Position numbers and translations under genes: made by a program. 56,856 nucleotides of DNA from Enoplolaimus lenunculus (taxonomy: Eukaryota), in assembly GCA_030248215.1 (NCBI GenBank), contig JASANG010000245.1, positions 372,001 to 428,856 on the forward strand, in the 5' to 3' direction. Below the pieces are notes generated by a model that saw only the letters and a list, made by a program, of their open reading frames with translations, did not search any database and had not been told where the DNA came from. This document shows positions 50,386-56,856 of this stretch, piece by piece (positions within the stretch are counted from its first letter, which is position 1; every line of letters starts with the position of its first letter).

Positions 50386-53300
50386 TAATCATGGCGCAAC
50401 CGGAAATTAATTTAGCGGATACTGAAATCCGATAAAAAAATTTTACCGGATTCGGATATAAATTTTTACCAGATCCGGATAGTAAATTTTTTACCCGAGC
50501 TGGTCAACTAATTTTTACCGGCCTATACTTACCGGATATAGCGTTTCCAATTGTTGCTCTGTTGGAGGTATCATTTGAGTCGCGGAAAAGTATACGTAGC
50601 TTTATTGAATTAAAATTACGTATATAATTGTCAACTTGGATTATTCATATTTATCGCAGTGTCGAAAACTTGACTTACTTACTTTGCCCACAAATGTAAA
50701 CTCAAACGACAAGATAAAATTGCAATTTTAAGGTGAAATACACACTAAAAATGGTAATTTGACAATGCTTTGTGACATTTCCTGAACAAGTAAATCTGAC
50801 AAAAGCCTCGCAACGTGAAACCGGATATCATTTCACCGGATACCGTAACCGGATACTAGCCAAAATTTACCACCACAATCAGAATACAACCGGATATGAC
50901 GTTTAAATTTGTCTACAGTTACCGATTTCAACCTTAATATTGTTTAGTACCGCGTATTCTTGTCGTGTCTTAAAATCAGCAAATATGCATAGCCGCCCGG
51001 CGCGATTATATTCGTGCGTGATTGTCATTGAGTCAAACGAAACAGCCAACCAACACAAAATCATTCTCGGGTTCGCCCGTCGACAACAGGCTGCATTGAC
51101 TGCCATTCCTGTTGGCTGCGGTACGTAAGAAGTTAGCCTTTGCTACCGTCATGTGAACGATAATTAAATTGAAGCAACAACAACACCATATATGACACGA
51201 TTAAAGGTGTTTGTATCTGATTGGTCAAAACTTTCAGCTACGAATACATACACATGCATGCATCGTGAGAACAAACTTTAGGCTGTGTACTCACGGCTTT
51301 TTGAAAGCTAACTTTTTGGCCGTCGCCAGGAGTGACGTTGCCAAAATTGTACACATTGGTTTATTGTGTATAAAAGCGTCGGCCGATGTAAACATCAGCG
51401 GCGGCACGTTTTTCTGTGGGACTGTAAAAGAGTACGCTTAAGCTTTAGACTAATTTTTTTGCTTGGCTTAGACTTAGGCTTAGAAAGAAACTCTATTCTT
51501 ACGCTTAGGCTTAGGCTTAGGAATATGCACATTCTTACGCTTAAGCTTAGGCTTAGGCTTAGGAATATGTACATTCTTACGCTTAAGCTTAGTCTTAGGC
51601 TTAGAAATATGCTTATAATACTGTTCCGCCCTTGTTCTTTACATTGGTCAAAGTATCGATGGACGATTGCTTGCGGTACCAACTAAAAAGTTGCCAAAAC
51701 AACCACTATACACAAACCCAAACAGTGAAGTTGACCCCTAAAACCTCTGGTACTACGCCCTTTGCCACGATATAATACGTACACAGACCCGAAAGATTCG
51801 GTGTCATTTGTGTTTTAAACGATGACAGCCAAAACAGGCTGCATACGACGGTTGTATCGGTATACCGTTTACACCTTGGCTTCACCTTACTTCAATTAGC
51901 GGTTTGGTTCTCAAAATTGTGTTTTAAAATCTAGAGCAAAATTAACCGTAACTGAATTGAATATTAGCACCGATTCTAATAGAATCGGAACCTACGCAGT
52001 TACAAATTAGCAAATAACGGAATCGACGATCCAATTTGAAGTAACTCGACGGAAACGAGGAATAAGGGTACTCGCGGGTAACTCGACGGAAACGCGGAAT
52101 CAGGTAACTCGAGGGAAACGCGGAATCAGGTAACTCGACGGAAACGCGGAATCAGGTAACTCGACGGAAACGCGGAATCAGGTAACTCGACGGAAACGCG
52201 GAATCAGGTAACTCGACGGAAACGCGGAATCAGGTAACTCGTACGGAAACGCGGAATCAGGTAACTCGACGGAAACGCGGAATCAGGTACCTCGACGGAA
52301 ACGCGGAATCAGGTAAACTGGACGGAAACGCGGAATCAGGTAACTCGATGGAAACGTGGAAATCACGGTAACTCGACGGAAACGCGGAATCAGGTAACTC
52401 GACGGAAACGCGGAATCAGGTAACTCGATGGAAACGTGGAATCAGGTAACTCGACGGAAACGCGGAATCAGGTAACTCGACGGAAACGCGAAATTAGGGT
52501 AATTCGACGGAAACGATGTCATAGCAATAACCAATACTTCTTGTGGAAACACCCAGAAACAAACGAATTTCGGCCGGTTAGTAACACCCAGCCTATACTT
52601 TACATTAACCCACCAACAAAAGGCTATAAGTTCTCCGGTAATTCAAATCCGCCACGAGACTATATGGTCTCCGGTAATTCCATCCGCCCAGACGAGACTA
52701 TAGGGTCTCGGGTAATAACAACCGCAGAGACGAGACTATAGGGACTCCGGTCATTCCCTCCTCCCAGACGAGACTATACGGTCTCCGGTAATTCCATCCG
52801 CCCCGACGAGACTATAGGGTCTCCGGTAATTCCATCCGCCCAGACGAGACTATAGGGTCTCCGGTAATTCCATCCGCCCACGACGAGACTATAGGGTCTC
52901 CGGTAATTCCATCCGCCCCGACGAGACTATCGGTCTACCGGTAATTCCATCCGCCCAGACGAGACTATATGGTCTCCGGTCACTCCATACGCCCAGTCGA
53001 GACTATGGGTCTCCGGTAATTCCATCCGCCCAGACGGGACTCTGGGGTCTCCGGTAATCCCCATTTCCGCCGACGAGACTTATCGGGTTCTTCCGGTCAT
53101 TCCCATCCGCCCAGACGAGACTCTAGGGTCTCCGGTAATTCCCATCCGCCCAGACGAGACTATACGGTCTCCGGTAATTCCATCCGCCCCGACGAGACTA
53201 TCGGGTCTCCGGTCATTCCATCGCCCAGACGAGACTACTGGGTTCTTTACCGGTCGTCCATCACCAGACGAGACTCTGCGGTCTCCGGTAATTCCATCCG

Positions 53301-56300
53301 CCCCGACAAGAGACTATAGGGTCTCCGGTAATTCCATCCGCCCAAAAGAAAAAACGAGACTATAGGGTCTGCGATAACCCCATCCGTCCACATTTGCCCA
53401 AAAACGGTCGTATTTCCGAATGTTTGCATCAAGCTATAACCCAAACAAAGCAGGCAGATGTAATAAGAATCGGTAAATAATCTGGTGAGTGACGACACTA
53501 CAACATTATTAATTGCGAAGGTTTGAACCCTAAGGGTTTCGCTGTGGTCGACGTTGGAGCGCATCCGTCACCATTCGTTCCCGTACCGGCGCCGCTCAGC
53601 GGCGTTTGTCACCATCCGTTATCAAGTACGTGAGTTATTCGCGTATGATCCCGCACGGTGACGGACGGCCCTGTACGGCTGACGCACGGTGACGGACGGC
53701 CCTGTAGGGCTGACGCACGGTGACGAACAGCCCTGTACGGCTGACGCCGCATGACGACAGCCCTGTACGGCTGACTGACGCACAGTGACGGACGGCCCTG
53801 TACGGCTAACCGCATAACGACGGCCCTGTACGGCTGGCGCACGGTGACGGACGGTGCCGTATGGATGGCGCACGGTGACTGACGGTGCCGTATGGATGAC
53901 GGACGGCGCCGGACGTCAACAAAAGTATAGCGCTGCAACCCTAACCATAAACGGTTATAATTTCATGAGAACAGCTTTTTAAATCATGCCATTTTTAAAC
54001 ACAACCGCAACAGGCATCACAGTTTCCTGATCAGACATACACACTGATACCCTTCAGGTACTGGAGAACGAAATCGATAACATTCCAGCTGGTCGGCTAA
54101 GTGCCGAAAATATGCATCGGCAAAGAGTCAGCAACGTTTTCGCGGTGCCGGTGCAACGCTGCCACCTAAAAAAGTGCCGATGATTTTGCAAATGCGGATT
54201 AATCGGCACATCCCTGTTTCGGAACCGTTCCCTTTTCTAACATATTTATATACACATATATAGCCAGCCAAACCAGTTAAATGTTTAAACCATAATTTCT
54301 AGCCGCAGAAAATATATTCAAACACGGGTGTGGCCCGTCACATTGTTTTTGCACGAACCCCACCCCAAAGAGCCGCTCCAAAAATTTTTGATGAGGGGAC
54401 GGTGGGCTGGCAAAAGTTATGAAACGCAATAATCTGCACGGTAGGGACCTTATCATTTTATCACAAAAAATATTTCTGCCTAGCGCAACTTAGAAAATCC
54501 TAATCATCCCTTCATCCATGCACCTCAGCAAAACACTATTTGTATCTACCTATTGGCTGGGTTTCTGAAATCTTAATTAAGTATTTACTTAAGTTATGCT
54601 GTACGTAATTACTTAAGTCGCCGACTTAGAAATACTTAAAATTTTAGAACAAAAACAAATAAACGGCAAATGTCAGTCATTGTCACAACAATAATCAATA
54701 AGTTTTGCATTATATTGAGGAGATGGCATAGTTTACAAGTTAATTCAACCAAGGTTGTTCGTATGCCTAAGACTGTTAATTTGTAATCTGAAAATACAGT
54801 AAGGCGACTTAAGTATTTACTTAACTTAAGTAGGCCTTTGAAAGCGACAAACTGTTAAGTAAATACTTAGTACTTACTTAAATACTAAGTCAGACTTCAT
54901 AACGTTTTTAAATTAGCCATATATTGTGAAAATCACATGACTAGCAGCAGTGATGTGCTTAAACTGTTTGCATTCGGCAGAAAACCAAATAGTACTAAAA
55001 CCAACACTTTCTGCTTCAAACCTACATAATAAAAGACTACCACCGCGCTACATATAAGCTGTATATACATATCTCTTACCAATTTTACTTGATTTTTAGA
55101 CCAAACTACTAAGATTTAGTACAAAAGAAACCAGAACAGGCGCGTTCACAAAACCAGAAATCAAAAACGACAACGGTGACGGAAAATTTGCGGTTCATTT
55201 CGCCACATGAGCCTAAATAAAGAGGTAAACAATACGATACTTAACACAGCCTATTACATAGTAATAACACAGTGTCGAAAGTAGTTGTCACACGCTAAAA
55301 TAGACTAAGTCAGGTAAAAAATTACGTACCCAGTACTCGTTTAACGGAGTTGCCAGCTGGACTTCTATACGGTCAATATTAACCTTATATTAGGGTGCAA
55401 AGCGGAACAGGATTAGGACTGGAATCGTAATCGGACTTAGGTAAATTTAAACGGAACTGTAAATTCGGAATCATAATCGGAACTTGAAAATTTGCGAGTG
55501 TACGGAAAATTTGTATTAATAAATATCGGGGTAACTATTTCTCTTAGTGTTGTTTAGTGGCAAAAATTGGCAAAAAAATTGCACTAACCAGTTGGTGATG
55601 ATTTCTAGTTCTATAAAAGCGGATCATAATCAATTATTGAGAAAGTTAACTTAGTATCTAAAGCAATTTACTGATAAAGAATACAAAATTTTTATGCAAT
55701 GTATCACAAATATGTAAGATTTAAAATTAAAATGTCGATATTTCGATTCCTATTGATTGTGCAATCACAGTCGCAATCAGAACTCGTTTTTCGAATTCAA
55801 ATCCGTAATCCACAATCGAAATTCCGGTTGCACGCTGCCTTGTATGCCTTTGCTACCTGTTGCAGAACTGCCGATTTCCCAGTACGAGACTAACAAGGCA
55901 CAGAGTCAACCTCAAGCCTGATTTTCCTCAACTTAAAAAATAGCCAAATCCGATGTTTTACAACAGAACTACACACACATCTGGCCAATTTTTACACTTT
56001 AAACTCTTAATCTGTGGCACGTAGTGGCATATAGAGAAGTGTAAACCAGCTACTGTAGTGACCCGGTATATAGGGTGTTTGAATTTTGTGACCTTTAAAT
56101 CAATAGGAGTCCGTATCCGTAGTAAGAGTCCGTAAGCGGATAGAGTCCATAAACCATAATTGGAGTTCATAAATGTTAATTATATATCCCTAATTGTAGC
56201 GCATAAATGACTCCAGGACTAAATAATTTGACTTCGAAACTTTAAAGCGTACTTAAGTTTTGAAAGTACATTCCTAAGTATAACGTTGCATTAAAGCTCA

Positions 56301-56856
56301 AGTTATTGACACAACACAAATATACCTTTAATTCAGCGTATAATTGCAGTATCAGATATATACCAGTAACGAAGGGGAGCAGAGCGTGGGTTAAAAATAA
56401 ATAACAGTATGTAACCGAATAACAGGGGGAACATTTTACGTGCTCGACCGTGGATCAGACTAGCAACGGTACGATTGCACATTTGTACAAGACAATGGGC
56501 CTACTCTCTTTAATCTGACACAACGTGCGACCGAATATCCGGTTGCGGTTTAACATCCGGCAAAAATCGATATCCGGTGCCGGTTTAATATTAGGCAAAA
56601 ATCGATATCCGTATTCAGTTCTGGTATAAACCTACCGGATGCCGGATATCTATGGCCGTGGTCCCGAGTCCCGCGAGTACTCCAAACCTACTTTTGACAA
56701 GTGGACACAATTTAACGTTTTGCTGCGATTACCTTTCTTTGCAACCAAAGTTGTAAACGTTTTCACTAATTGAAATAGAATCAATAATATAAACAATTAA
56801 TTTTAATTCAGTAAACATAAATATACTTTTGCGCTACTCAATTACCTTCAACAGTA

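Larger units (their letters stand above)
39558..56856. repeat. Giant inverted duplication / fold-back (arms ~39558-47700 and ~47770-56856)
   Basis: The window's last bases are the reverse complement of 39558 onward; every element recurs in mirror order; ORFs are duplicated on opposite strands (e.g. 45007-45237 and 51211-51441). Confidence 0.97.

Overview
AT-rich eukaryotic (most likely invertebrate metazoan) DNA with no confidently recognisable protein-coding gene. The window is a dense mosaic of short non-autonomous DNA transposons whose superfamilies can be inferred from termini and target-site duplications (TSDs): hAT-like (CAGGG/TAGGG/CAGTG ends, 8-bp TSD), Merlin-like (GG ends, 8-bp TSD, internal TTAGGC arrays), PIF/Harbinger-like (3-bp TSD) and TA-target MITEs. 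It also holds one complete 271-bp Helitron-like element, two tRNA-derived SINE heads and many mini/microsatellites, several grown inside MITEs. Unique spacer DNA is visibly G+T-rich on the + strand, which suggests a very long intron or transcription unit. The only long ORF (27664-28686) is built around a CAA/CAG tract. The last ~17 kb (39558-56856) is a giant fold-back with an apex near 47700-47770 and a corrupted inner left arm; it is probably a long-read/assembly artefact but could be a real inverted duplication. All alignments were made by eye and no database search was possible, so family names are local labels.
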